64,000 nucleotides of DNA. Origin: Octopus sinensis (lineage: Eukaryota). A program made the position numbers and the translations under genes. Below are positions 24,285 to 58,350 of the stretch, one piece after another (position 1 is the stretch's first letter; every line of letters begins with the position of its first letter). Below the pieces are notes generated by a model, which worked only from the letters and a program-made list of their open reading frames with translations, was not told where the DNA came from and did not search any database. The DNA is taken from NCBI RefSeq assembly GCF_006345805.1, contig NC_043004.1, forward strand, positions 26,288,001 through 26,352,000. Direction: 5' to 3'.

Positions 24285-25596
24285 TGAAAATCGACAAACT
24301 TTGGCATCGTGGTATTATTAAGTACCTGCAGAAAAACGGTTTAGCCCCTAGTACATTAATACTGACATGGTTGCTCCATAAGAGGATGACACTTCAGCTT
24401 TATCAACAGTGCAAAAGTGGGTAGCTGAATTTATGAGGAGAAGGGAGCTTCTTGAAGATGACTCAACGTCTGGATGTCTTCATACTGCCACCACCGAGAA
24501 AACATCGATCGTATTCACCACATGTTGATGGATGACGGGCGATTGACTATATATCTGTTTCTTTATTGCCCACAAGGGGCTAAACATAGAGGGGACAAAC
24601 AAGGACAGACAAACGGATTAAGTCAATTACATCGACCCCAGTGCGTAACTGGTACTTAATTTATCGACTCCGAAAGGATGAAAGGCAAAGTCGACCTGGG
24701 CGAAATTTGAACTCAGAACGCAACGACAGACGCAATACCGCTAAACATTTCGCCCGGTGTGCTAACGTTTCTGCCAGCTCGACTATTAGTATATCTCGTA
24801 AGCAAGTTGAGAATATTCTGCACAATAAATATGGTATGATGAAGATTTCTGCTCGATGATTGTCACGTCTTCTGAGACCTAATCAGAAGCGCACCTGACT
24901 GATCACATTACAAGAAAATCTGACATTGTTTCAGGCAGATTCAGCTGGTTCCCTCGAACGTTTCTTAACCCAGGATGAGTGTTGGGTTCATCACTTTGAA
25001 CCGGGGACGAGAAGAAAATCCATACAGTGAAAACACCTCTCCTCACCTGCTCCAAAGAAAATCAAGGTGGTTTCATCTCAAAGATGATGACCTCAGTGTT
25101 TGGAGATGCAAAAGGCATTGTGTTTATTGTCTATCTTCAAAAGGGCCACACCATCAATGGAGAATACTTTGGCGACTTACTGAGTCAGTTATAAAAGGTT
25201 ATCAACACCAAATGCCCAGGAAAACTGACGAAAGGGGGTATGTTTCATCAGGACAATGCTCCAGAACACAGGTGGCCGCAGTACGTGACTGGCTTTGAAC
25301 TGGTTGACCAGCCTCCCTATTCTCTTGATTTGGCCCCATCTGATATCGTCTGTTACCCAGCATGATAAAACACTTGGCTGGAAGCCAGTATTGCAGTGAG
25401 GTTGACGTTATATCTGTTGTTGATTTTTTTAAACAACAGGATGAAAGCATTTTCACCAATTGGACCCAAGCTCTGCAACTATGACGAAAGAAGAGTGCCG
25501 ATCGTTAGGCGGATAGTGTTGAAAAATAAATCTCATTTGATTACATTCCATGATAGGATTCTGGTCATTTTACAACCTATTCTGCCGACCCTCGTA
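24285..25596 (+). mobile_element. Mariner-type transposon relic interrupted by a SINE
   Basis: FLTQDECWVHHFEP, TINGEYF, FHQDNAP and PPYSLDLAPSD motifs; right end gaccctcgTA. Confidence 0.88.
24553..24780 (-). mobile_element. tRNA-type SINE inserted in the mariner relic
   Basis: Same family as 5165-5396. Confidence 0.9.
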
Positions 25597-26489
25597 ATCT
25601 TTTTTATAAATCAAGAAATGATGTATGATATTTGGTGTAACTCTACTTATCTATGTTGCTTAAATACATGCAACTGGCCAAACTGAATTATTTCTTTTAG
25701 CTCAGGGCATAAACAACACAGGGATCTATGTAGACAGACCCATATACATGCATGCATACACACACACACACACACACACACTCACTTTCTTATGAACAGA
25801 ATTGAGTACAAACTCCCAATGTTTCACTGTTTCACTGTCATCTGATGTTTCACACATTCGTAGAATTGTACTGAAATAGCAGACGTAAAAACTATCAGCC
25901 CACCACCAGAAAACCTGACATGCTAGAAACAACATTATTTCTGAGGAAACTTCTCAGCTTTCCCAAAAGCTAGAAGTGAAACATAGGGAGTTTGTAGATT
26001 TTAGAAAGTGGTGAGATGATGGGTAGATGTTGGAGAAGGAGATTTAATGTTTCTTTAAGAAAAAAGAAAGAAAAGTTTTAAAGATTCGTACTCTTTGTTG
26101 TTCTCTCCGTGGATTACCAAGAAAAAAAATTTCGAAAAGAGTAAAGGATGAAACAATTGTGGTGGGGAGGGAGAAAATTAAAATATTGAGAACGTGTTTT
26201 TTAGGTGTAATTCTAATCTCCTCTATCGAAAGCATAGGAATCAGAAGTAATTTAAGAAAAAATAAGAGTGTGCGGCGCAAATGTCACTTCAGAGATGCTT
26301 GAAACAACAGGTGAAGGACAGGATTTTTGGGAGAACTTCCTTTTAAGTTTATATCGAAAATCAGGTTTTTAAATACGATCGGCACAAACACGAATTACAG
26401 AATAGAAAAAGGTAGTTTCAATTGGATTTGAGCTGTAATTTTGTGCGCGCACACAGGAAGAAATAACATAATTCGTACAGAAGTTTTAC

Positions 26490-26528
<39 letters not shown>

Positions 26529-27355
26529 GTGTGCCAAAGGAAGTTATTTTTACATCGTGAAACGTATGAAAATATACATTAAATATTGTATTAAAAAGTT
26601 ATCTTTACAGACCATGTTTAGAATTATCTATATAATTGACAGCAAAGTGTGTAAAAAATGAAATGAAACCCATGTTTAGTCATATATCGGTGAAGTTAGT
26701 GAAGTTGTAACATGTTGACAACATAGTGTCTCCATACATTATAATGAGAAATTGAAAGAGAGAGATGATGCCACTCCGTCAGCGGAGGGCAGGCAACAGG
26801 TTGCTCTGCTGCATACCGAAAGAATTAGAAATGGCAGTCAAAGACTGTTTAATTCCATAATTACTACTATATATACTGAACTCTACAGAAGTTCCAGACG
26901 CTAAAAGTCATATTTACATACCGAAATTTACCGGTAAATAATTGTTGGTTGTCTAAAAAACCACGAAAAAAATTATTTACCCATTTTATTATATTACCAA
27001 TTGGATTTCTTACTCCATTGCGATTATCCCAGTGGCGCGCATAGCAGAATTTTGGAGGGAAAATTTACGGTCCCAGTTGCTTGCTTAGTTTTAACCTATG
27101 CACACTTCCCCCCACTATCTGATGACGCCTGGTCAGAGGTGGAGGCTGGTGGCATTTGATAAATCTATCGAATATGGTGCTGACGAAAGAATTTAGGCAA
27201 TTTCTAGCCTACGATCTAGAAACATGTTCACCATTAACAGTAAGAGATTGTTTTCGTTTATTTACTACTCCGATTTTGCGTGTGTGAATCGCAGGGTTGT
27301 GTCGTATATGGAGCCTCCACTTGTAGAAAATGGAATTAAACAGTCTTTGACTGCC

Positions 27356-27412
<57 letters not shown>

Positions 27413-27746
27413 GTTGTGAAAGTATATTTTCATACAATCAGGTGAAAATTAACTTTACAAAGTAAGAACTCAATACTTAAGGCAGAGTAATGTGTTTTAA
27501 TTCAAACTTATAGACATTCCATTAGTTACAAGACTAAAAATCATTTTCAGTCACAGGTAGAAGTATGACTGATATGGTGAGTTTTATACAATCCCAGTGG
27601 GAGCCCATCCTATCATAATTGTAGAGACCAATTACTGCAAGAAAAATGCTAGCATCACACAATAGGGCACAAATAAATGTTAACTTTACATCGCTATTTG
27701 TGGTATATCTGAAATCATCTTTACAACCCTCACTGTAATAAGGCAC

Positions 27747-27980
27747 ATATAGCTACAATACAGTCTGGTCAACTGACCATAACAATGTCATTTAATGTAG
27801 CTGCATCTGATACTCTAGTCAAGTGACCATAATATAGCCATTTAAAGAAGCTACATGTAGTACTGTGATCAAGTGACCAAAACAATATTAATGTAGCTAC
27901 ATTTAATACTGTCTAATCAAGAGCTCATAATAATGTCAATGTAGCTACATGTGATATCTATTCAGTCAATCCAAGTAACA
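27747..27980. repeat. Degenerate minisatellite, 5 units of ~46-50 bp
   Basis: ATGTAGCTACAT-like cores at 27747, 27795, 27845, 27891 and 27939, followed by gtcaa/tgacca motifs. Confidence 0.75.
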
Positions 27981-28419
27981 TTTGATTACCATTCTACAGT
28001 TAAGAAAAACAGAGCACCCATATTCACGAAGTACCATCTTGAAGCTATCCTATATGGCTCCAATATCTACCAGTCATATTAACTTCTGGCACAGTTGGTG
28101 TCCCATTTATGGTGGTTTAGCAATCAATCCATTCTTAATATGTTGCTATGGTTTTGTGGTCAAACACCCTAGCATTGATCCTCATGTTATCAATATTATG
28201 TGTATACTTTGGTCTATTGAAAGAATCTAGATGAGTAGTCATTATCTTTGGTGTTGCAACCAGCTGAAAAAAAACACACAAAAAAAAAAACCCATTACTA
28301 AATGAATTTCTAACCACATCAGTTCCTCAATGCAAAGGGACAGATGGGGGGTTAGAAACTACAGAAAGTCTTCAACAGCAAACCAAAGATCATAAAAACA
28401 CATTTTAAAAGAAAACAGT

Positions 28420-28425
28420 TTTATT
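28420..28425 (-). promoter_or_regulatory. Putative COPS2 polyadenylation signal AATAAA
   Basis: About 130 nt after the stop codon, followed by U/GU-rich sequence on the minus strand. Confidence 0.6.
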
Positions 28426-28556
28426 GTAGCAAGGTAAATTACAGGTACGAATTTGTTTTAGATTTCTTTTAATATCTGAACAAAATGAAAAACTGGAGAG
28501 GAAAAAAAAAAGTAAAAACAAAACCAAACAAAAAGAACCCCTTGTGTTATTCTAAT

Positions 28557-49273
<20,717 letters not shown>

Positions 49274-49384
49274 CTATAATAATAATAATAATAATAAATA
49301 ATAAATGATGATGATGATGACAACGACGACGACGACAACAACAACAACAACGACAACAACAACAATAATAATAATAATAATAAT

Positions 49385-49625
49385 GAAATTATAGACCACC
49401 TTATCTCAGGGTGTAGAGTCTTAGCACCTGTAGAATATAAAGCAAGACATGACAGGGTCAGCCAGTATTTACACTGGACAATATGTCGGCATTCTAAAAT
49501 CAAAAACGCTGACAAATGGTATAAACACCATCTTGAAGCTGTGACTGAGGGAGAAAATATGTCGATTCTATGGGACTTCCCCGTACAGACCAACAAGACG
49601 ATAAAAGTTAATAAACTGGATATTA
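49385..49625 (+). mobile_element. Internal fragment of the R4/Dong-like LINE (close copy of ~3920-4170)
   Basis: atctcagggtgtagagtcttagcacctgtagaatataaagcaagacatgacag is identical to 3937-3988. Confidence 0.9.
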
Positions 49626-50159
49626 TTAAAAAGATCAGAAAAAAAAGATGAAGATGATGATGAAGAACAGCGGTGACGATGACGACAACAACAATGCCCT
49701 GATGCAGTACCAGGCAGTAGCTCTCATAGCCTCTGATCTTAACTGGGTGGAAGTATTATGTAGATGTCTTGTCTTTGGGCAAAAGATGGGCTAAACAAAT
49801 ATTCTGCTCAATACCACAAGCTTGCTTGGCCTTAAGCCCTTAAGCATGTCCCTTAGTGGCTGACAATATGAGCAGCTCTGATCATGAGCAGTGAAAATTA
49901 TGCCAGTTATCATTGAAGCATGAAAGTCAATCCACAAAAGCTATCATACTATCAGGAATGGATGGACATCAAAACAGATATGTTAGTGTGTCAACTTTAT
50001 CCCTCCTTTGAACAGTATATATCCTTAGAAATATATTTTCTGTCAAAGACCTTTTATTAAGGCTTGGCAATTAATATCAAGAAGAAAAAAAAAACAATTA
50101 AAAAAAAATCAGTATTTTATATCAATACTATGCAATGATGACAATGATAATGAGGAGGA

Positions 50160-51355
50160 GAGTTATAAGCATTTAGGAGCATTAGAATCTGACGGAGTAC
50201 TAACTATAGAAATGAAAACAAAAATTGAGAAGGAGTACATCGGAAGGGTGAAGAAGCTAATGAAGTCAAAGCATAATGGTCCGTATCTAGTGATGGCTGT
50301 AAATACTTGGGCTGTATCATTACTTAGATACTCAGCAGCTTTTGTAGATTGGACCAAATCTGAATTAGCAAAGCTAAAGAGAAGAATTAGGAAGGAATTC
50401 AATATAAATGGAGTACTTTGCCCAAGGGCAGGGGTAGCAAGATTATACCTACATAGAAAGGAAGGCGAAAGAGGGTTAATATCAGTAGAAGACTGCATGG
50501 AGTCGGCTAGAGTAGAGATAGACTCCTATGTAGGTAGTAGTGAAAAAAGTTTATTAATAGCTGCTAGAGTCACAGCAGAACAGGGAAACCAAAAACCAAA
50601 TGAAGTTAAAAATCAGAAAAAATCAGACCCCCCCCCCGCCCCAGAAGTTATCTGACTGGCAAGAGAAGGCTTTGCATGGTAGATTCCCAAAGATAATTGC
50701 AGCAAATAGTAATGAGACATGGTTATGATTGCAGAAAGGAAGGCTAAAAAGGGAGATAGAAAGTTTGTTAGAAGCACAGGATCAAGCATTAAAGATTAGT
50801 TGGACAAAAGCCAATGTAGATTATGCAAATCAAAGGAGGAAAGTGGTACTCATATAGTAAGTGAATGTAGTATGCTGGCACAGAAAGGATACAAGAAAAG
50901 GCATAACAACCTAGGGAGAGTAATCCACTGGAAGTTATGCAGAAAGTTAGGATTTTGGCCATACTGAAAAATGATATGAACATGAGCATGTACTAGAAAG
51001 TAAGAAATATGAGATGTGTGACTTTAACATTCAGATGGACAGAGTAATAGAAGCTAGAAGGGCTGATTTTGTAACTGTAGATAAGGAGAATAGAAAGTGT
51101 CAGATAATTGACAGTCCCAAATGATGAAAAATATGAGAGGTACAGAGAAAATAGCAAAGTACTAAGACCTAACCAATTACAGAGACTATGGAAAGTGCAG
51201 GTAAAGTGTATCCCTGTAGTTATAAGTGCATTAAGAACTATCCCTAAAGATTTGAACAGATGGATCGAGAAAAATAGGCATAAAACCCTATTTAGTACAG
51301 TTCCAGAAAACAGTGTTAATCGGGACAGTTACAATACTTAGGAGAGTTCTTGGCA
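50160..51355 (+). mobile_element. Second R4/Dong-like RLE LINE relic
   Basis: SYKHLGALE, AVNTWAVSLLRYSA, RLYLHRKEGERGLISVED, CRLCKSKEESGTHIVSEC; multiple frameshifts. Confidence 0.82.
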
Positions 51356-51518
51356 TCTGAGGTTACTTGCTGTAGCCTGATGTTAGGAACTTTTCTTTTC
51401 CAACAGTCTAATCTGTTGAACATATATAAAATGATAACAATCATAAATGCCCTGATGTAAAACCAGGCAGTAGCTCTCATGGGTTCTGATCTTAACTGAT
51501 TGGAAATGTCAATATGTA

Positions 51519-51958
51519 CAGCGGTTGGACAAAATAATGGAAACACCTAGCATCATAATTTTGAAATATCTATAAAACCATCAAAAGCTTGCTTATTTTT
51601 ATGCTTTTTGATTTATTATTAGTGTCACTTAATATGTTTCGCTAAATTTTAGTTTTTTGTATTTCAATTTCCTGACCCTTATATTCATTAGAAAAAGGTA
51701 ATTAAAATTCATTAAACTGACAGATCTATCAGACTTTCAAAGAGGTCAAATTGTTGGTGCTCATATGGCAGGCGCTAGTGTAACAAAAACAGCCAAAATG
51801 TTTGGTGTATCAAGAAGTACTGTCTCAAAAGTAATGACAGCCTTTGAGAAAACCAGGTAGGGAATCAGATAGGGACAGTCAGACTCTTACACGAATTGTT
51901 AGAAAGGATCACAAAAGTACAGCTCCAAAAATTACTTCAGAGCTTCATGACCACCTTG
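51519..51958 (+). mobile_element. Tc1-like transposon 5' portion (TIR plus paired-HTH coding region)
   Basis: TA-cagcggttggacaaaataatggaaacacc terminus; DLSDFQRGQIVGAHMAGASVTKTAKMFGVSRSTVSKV. Confidence 0.85.
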
Positions 51959-53760
51959 TTATTGGCTTTCCAGAGAATCTTGCATCCACTGCTGAGAGCC
52001 ACAGTAGGCTATCCAGTTACAAATTAAAGGCTGTTACCATTGCCTTCCTTAAAGTCATGCAAAATGCTGCTGGGAAGCTGTACACGTCTGGAACCAAGTA
52101 GCATACACCCATCCTGGTCTGTCAAAGACCTGATCATAGTTTTATTGCCACATTGTGTCTCCACTGTTTGGGCCCGCCAGACAGATTTATTTACAGCTTT
52201 CATGTTTTGCTTCAAAGAAATGGCTAAGGGTCATTCGCGCTGCTTGTATGTCAGTCGTGATGACTTTACTAATCTCCTCTTCTCCATTGCTAACTAGTTC
52301 TCCCTCTAGTTTGCAAAACACTATCGATTCTACTCTTCAGGGTAACCAACCACCAGTTCTTGATGGCTGTTGCTTAGCTAGTTCAGTAATCCAGTCTCTG
52401 TAGTCCTTGCTTGCTAGTAAGGACATGTTCAACTTCCAGTAACCAAGTTGCTGTATATGAGTCCTATCTAAATCAATAGGGTAGATCACAAATTTGTGGT
52501 CTGTGTAACCAACCAGTTTGAACTGTGGACATCCTACACTATCCTTATCTACTGACCAAATACTCCAACTAGATACAATCTGGAAGACCTGCTGTGGTTG
52601 CTCCATGTCCACACTGGCACATCAGGAAAACCTAGTTGATACCTGTGAGACAGATAGAAGTTCTTGAGCAGGTTTGCCGGCTTCTGCTAATCTCTATGTT
52701 GAGTGACCCTGTTTCCAAACCAAACCCAGACCCTGAACAGTTACACAGCTTTCTAGTGAGAGAAAAGAAAATGGTCTTCATGGATGGCTGTTGAAACAGC
52801 CTTCTTTTTGGTAGAGAGGGAGTGGGGGATGTTTCTCTCGTAAACTTTGGGCGGTGGGTTTATAACAGCATTCTGTCTGAGGATATTTTCAGAAAAACCT
52901 TCCCCACTTGTCAGAATATTTTTGTTAATTACTTCCTCAATCAATTAAATTGTTGTTAATCTGAACAACAGTGAAGTTGATATGGGAAGTATGTACATGA
53001 GTTTGTAACTGTTGGTCATGTTGTTGCTTGGGTGCTTGTTTTCATGACGTTTTATTACTTGTGATTGTGGAAGTTTTGTAAAAGTTGGTTTTCTTCTTGT
53101 GCTGATGGTGTTGATGTTTTGTGGCAGACTTTCAGTTTTACCATCATGTCTTAATATCTTCAATTTGGGGCGATGACTACTTATGTGTGTTTGATTCTTC
53201 CTTTTAACTCTGACAAAAGCCTTTTGAGATAATTTCAAGACCTTCATCTCCTGATAAGGCCTTTTGTACTGTCTTTGTTTTAGTGCTTTCACCAATTGTA
53301 TGAGGAAGAGATTATTTTGGTGAAGTTTACAGTAATGATGGAGGGTGTTATGCTTTCTCCACTGTGGGACAGAAAGCTTTGAGATGGTTTGAATTCCCAT
53401 ACACGAAACATTTAGGTTTCCAGCCTTCTGTTAACACTTGGCATCAGCTCATTCCCCAAAACACAAAAAATTGGGCATGTAAGTGACTTCTTCTGGAGCA
53501 ACCAGTACTTGGAATTCCATAAGAATCCCAGTCCTGTTGAGATGGTGAGTAGACTTCACTTCCACAATTTCCTCCATACTCTTCGAATGGCTAAAACTTG
53601 CTGGATCTTGATGAGCAGGCAGGTTCTTGACTACAATTTTAGTCAACCTCTTACATTATATTGATGATGGAGAATCATTATAAAGGTCTCTTTCTGGTTG
53701 CAGATGCATATGGCATCTACTGATCCATACAGTTTCCCTCTATATAAGTGTATCACTAAG
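51958..53760 (-). mobile_element. Degraded L1/Tx1-like LINE (ORF1 plus endonuclease region)
   Basis: ORF1-like TKIVVKNLP... with a decayed zinc knuckle GNSNHLKAFCP; ORF2 motif GYWKLNMSLL. Confidence 0.65.
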
Positions 53761-54404
53761 GGCAACACATCTTGAAAGCATTTTTCATTTTCTTCCAGAA
53801 TAGGAAATTTAAGTCTCCTTGTAAGACATGCACTTATAGATAATTGTTTGTTATTCAGAGCTCTTTTTTACCTCTTCACTAAGTGATATAACTCCTGGCT
53901 TCACAATATCATTTTTGCACTGGGTCTTACCTCTCAGATCTTCCACGGAATGCACTCTCCACTGGTTTACTGCCCTTGAAAAGGATAGAGTTGTTGTGGT
54001 GCTTTTTTTTATGCTGTTACTATTGCTTTGCATACTGTTTTTGTTATTACTAGTGATTGATGTTGACTTCATTCTTGATGTTGCTGCTCTTATTTTTGTT
54101 TCTGCTGCTGTTATTATTATTATTGTTGTTGTTGTTACTGTTGCTGATGGTATTTTTGAAGGTGTTGCTGTCACCACAGAATTAAGATGAAATTCTATTA
54201 CTTAGACACAAAAGATTCATTTCTGCTCCAATTTCCCTGCCATTGACATTATGTTCAGTTGTCATGGCTACACTGGTATATAAAACTGAGCTGACAGAAC
54301 ATTGTTCACCACTGGTTATTATTATTTTGAAAATTGTAAAAATTTCTGAATTGACCCAGACTTCTTCTTCCAACTGTTAAACATAGAGGAGGATCTGTGA
54401 TGAT

Positions 54405-54600
54405 CTGGGGGCTATATCTTAGAAATCCGCCAGCCCAATCTTAGGATATTATCTATATGTTTCTGATATCCCTTTCTTATCATACCAAGGGCACCTGCAA
54501 TAACAGGAACAGTTCTCACTTTAAGATGCCACATCTTCTGTATTTCAATTTCCTGATCATTATATTTACTTAATTTGTTAAATTCCTTTACCACTTACAT
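54405..54600 (-). mobile_element. R4/Dong-like RLE C-terminal fragment
   Basis: KLSKYNDQEIEIQKMWHLKVRTVPVIAGALGMI parallels 4250-4350. Confidence 0.8.
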
Positions 54601-56639
54601 CTATTAGTCTACAAGTATTTTCTTCCCAATTTCTAAAATTAGAAAAATTTCTAAATCTTTGTTTTCATAAGAAATGCAAAATGAATATCAGAGTAACATC
54701 TACAAAAGGAGTGTAATTGAACAGAAATGTTACCACTGTGATCCAAACAATGTCAACAAAAATGTTATCATAAAATGAATGATTGAATGGGCTTTACTCA
54801 GCCAAAACAATTTATAAAACTTTCAAATATTATGGAGCTCCAAGTTTCCATGACTTGGTACAAAGCCTGAAATTTTGGAGGTAGGGGCTTGTCAATTACA
54901 TTGACCCCAGTGGAATTTGAACTCAGAATATAAAGGCAAATGAAATGCCACTAAGCATTTTGACCAGTGGGTATCAATTCTGTCAGTTTGGGGCTGAATA
55001 ATAATTCAGGCACAAGGACATAAATCCTAAGGAAAGGCCCAGGGGGATTTGAACTCAGAATGGAAAATGAACTTAACTGGTGCAGAAATGTATATGCAGT
55101 TAAGAATTAGTTTCGCAACCATGCAAGATCAATCCAATTCCATGGCACCTAAGACAAACCTCTACTATAGCCCTGGGAAGACTTACATCATACAGTAGAA
55201 TTTGTTAAAGAAACTTTTCTGAAGTCCATCATATATAGACAGGTTTGTGTGTGTGAGTGTGCGCGCGCACACATGTATGTGTGTGTGTGTCTGTGTGTGC
55301 ATGTACTAGTCAAAAACTACTGGTATATAAATTATGTCCCTTTATATCCTATAACTTAATTTCAACAAAGATCAACAGAAAATATATATATATATATATC
55401 AGAAAGTAATAAGAAGTACTGGGATAAGTCTAGCGAACTAAAATCTTTGACAGTTAGTCCAGTGAGTGAAACCAGTTAATTGTAGCCGCCAACTTCTACT
55501 AGTAGTTGTTATCTACTACGTTTATTTCATCACCATCACAATAAATGTTACAATGATGATGATGATGATGACTAGAAAGATCAATCAACATGAATTTATT
55601 CTTTAACAATTGAAGAGAATGATGCAGGAAATGTATATCTCATTATACAGCAGGCAAAAATGTTTTGTTGGCACCATTATACTTTTCTAAATGTGAACAC
55701 AAAATTTAAGTGAATAATGTGGCAGGTGACTGATGTTATTTCTGATATTTTATGGCACTTGCTGAAGTAATGTTACTTTTTATTACTTGGTGAAGTAATG
55801 TTACTTTTTATTCTAAGGCTACCCCTTAGAATAACCCTTCTTGACAATATGTTCGGCAAAAAAAAAAAAAAATAAATATATAAAAGTAATCCAAAGTAAA
55901 TTAATAGTGATATATTTTAGTTGATATTGGATGCTGTTGTTTAACTACTTCTCATCTTGATCTAGCAACTCTAAGGTACACAGAGAATCAGACAAACAAC
56001 TAAATGTCACAGATCTAGATATATCATGCCCCAGTCAAATGGACTGATATGAAACCTTGGTTTCTTCTCTCTGTTTTTCATGGTATGCAGTTTGAAGAAA
56101 AGTGCAACTGTTCTTTGTCAATGGATAGAAGCACAATGATCAGGAGATTAAAATGCTAGACTACTGATCACATGGTTATGAGTTCAAACTTTACATTGTT
56201 CTGCATGTTTGAATAAGGAATACAACTTAGACTGCTCCAGTTTCTCTGATATAAAACAAGTTCTACTTCACTTTGTCTAGTTAGAAAAATCTAACTACAA
56301 AAATAATTCCTCCAACAACCTTATCCCACCCACATTAAAATGAAGGCTCTAGAATTTCATGAGTAGGCAACATGGAGGTAACTCAGTGAACGTTGATTCT
56401 ATTAGAATTTCCAGCAATGGCATTCTCATCTTACAGTCACCGGCCACCCAGGCTAGCATAGAGGAATAGATGAAAATGCTGTCCCAATACCTTTGCTGCC
56501 CTTGTCTTCTGTGTCAGTATCTAAATTCGTCTTCCAGGAATATGAAGTTGTCTCATAATTCTTGGTCAGATAATCTTTTCTCTTTGAACGTGAACTCAAT
56601 TTTGGCCTAGCACATGGGTATGCCTATTATTTAGAAACA

Positions 56640-57170
56640 TATAGAACAAGTAAAGACAATGGGCACTCCTAACAATTTACTTGACAGCAACAACTATAAC
56701 ATATAATTTCCAATGACTGGCATGATTGAGGGAAGCTCAAAGAGCCAGCAAACCAACAAAAATTTAGAGACGTTCTACTGGAAGCCTCTGATGATAGAGA
56801 GGAGGATGAAGGGACATATAGCTTAGAGGACAACTGGAAGTTCCTGTGGGACAATTTACTGAGTGCCACTGACCAAATCTGTGGCTGGTGCAAAGTCTCA
56901 GGTAGGCCAAGGGTGACATGGAGGTGGACAGCACCATAAAAGCAAAGAGACAGGCTTGGAAAGACTGGAAAAATGGGGGAGGCAGAGAATTATAACGGGT
57001 AGCAAAAAGGGACTCTAGGCAACATGTTTACATAGCAAAAGGAATAACAGATGGTAAGAGATTTGCCAATGTTCTACAGCGTAAGGATCAGAGATGTGAG
57101 GTGTTCTGGATTGCAAAGCAGTATGTCAGTGAGAATAGAGATGTGGTGGGTGAGAAACGTGTGAATGGAT
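56640..57170 (+). mobile_element. Degraded RTE LINE endonuclease-RT linker fragment
   Basis: WKFLWDNLLSATDQICGWCK...FANVLQRKDQRCEVFWIAKQ. Confidence 0.6.
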
Positions 57171-58350
57171 AATGGTATGATGAAAAGGAAAAGCCTCAAG
57201 AAAGGCTTTTGGGATACACTGATGTCAATAAAGACAGAAGTTCGAAAATTTCTTATTGAATTCAACTGTGGCCAAAAATTGGTCACACAAATTTATCATA
57301 GTTACTCCATCATAAATTACCATGGTTACTCCATCTGGGCATTTAAACAGAGTGCAAACAAGAATAAAAAAAATTTTTGGTGTGAATGTTATATTTGCAC
57401 ATTGTTATGCACATTCACTTAATCTGGTACTCTCTCAATCAGCTTCAAGTATTCATGGATGTCAAATTTTCTTCCAATCTTTAAAAGGAGTTTCAATTTT
57501 TTTCTCAAAGTCAATGGCTTGAATAGTCCTACTGGATGAAATCATTGAAAGGTTGATTTCCAAAATTACCTGAGACATGTCGGAATTATTCCTCTCAACA
57601 AGTATCCATTTTGTCCAACAAAATTACTATGTTTTCTGGAGTATTTTCAAACATATTAGAAAATGTAGATGACTGGAATGCTTCAGAATTAGCTCAGGCA
57701 AGAGGATTCACTGCAATCCTAGAAGATTTTCAGTTTAAATTTTTTTGTGGTTTTTGAAACCATATTGAATGACTCAGATGTTTTCGATTCCTCTAAAAGT
57801 TTGCTTGAAATTTCAAGGTGTACTCATGAGGTTGAGTACTTCAAAAAGAACAATCAGTTGATATTATCGCCGTAGGTGTAATTGATGTATTAATTGTGAT
57901 GTAAGATTAGGCTTGCAACATATATTACTAACAAAAGAAAAACTGTTAAATATTCAACATCAGATTTATTTAAGGGAAGGCTAAACATGAATATATGCAT
58001 AAATTATCAAATCCTCACTGATAGAGAGACTAGGATTGATTGCTCAGCAATTAGTTATCTTCAAGATGTGAAACTGCCAAATCTTGTTGAAACTTTGTCC
58101 TTAATATGTTTGGCAAGAGCCGAGTTGTATTCTCTTCAAATTCCAAGAGAGCTGATTTCTAGCATTAAACTGCTTCCTGTGACAAATCACTTTCTTTATT
58201 AAAGCAAGTAAATAATTATTTGAAGTGTTCTCAAAGTGAAGAGACATTGTGCAATTTGGTCTTCATTTCTATGACTAAAAGAACTTTTGAAGATGAAGGC
58301 AGAGCATAGTGCTGATACATTTTACACCAAAGTGAGCAACAAATTTGCCA
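57170..58350 (+). mobile_element. hAT-family transposase remnant
   Basis: HCYAHSLNLVLSQSAS (CxxHxLNL motif), with a decayed dimerisation-domain-like region near 58100-58300. Confidence 0.72.

Noticed and set aside
27119-27190. CTGATGA...GAAA pair
   Set aside because: Stems I, II and III do not pair.
27747-27980. CRISPR-like repeat-spacer array
   Set aside because: The linkers are homologous to each other, the repeats are degenerate, no cas genes are present and the DNA is eukaryotic; it is a minisatellite.
49695-49890. Repeat shared with 51443-51515 as a U2 snRNA fragment or LINE target
   Set aside because: Only scattered short resemblances to U2, with no branch-point-recognition or Sm site; treated as an unclassified dispersed repeat.
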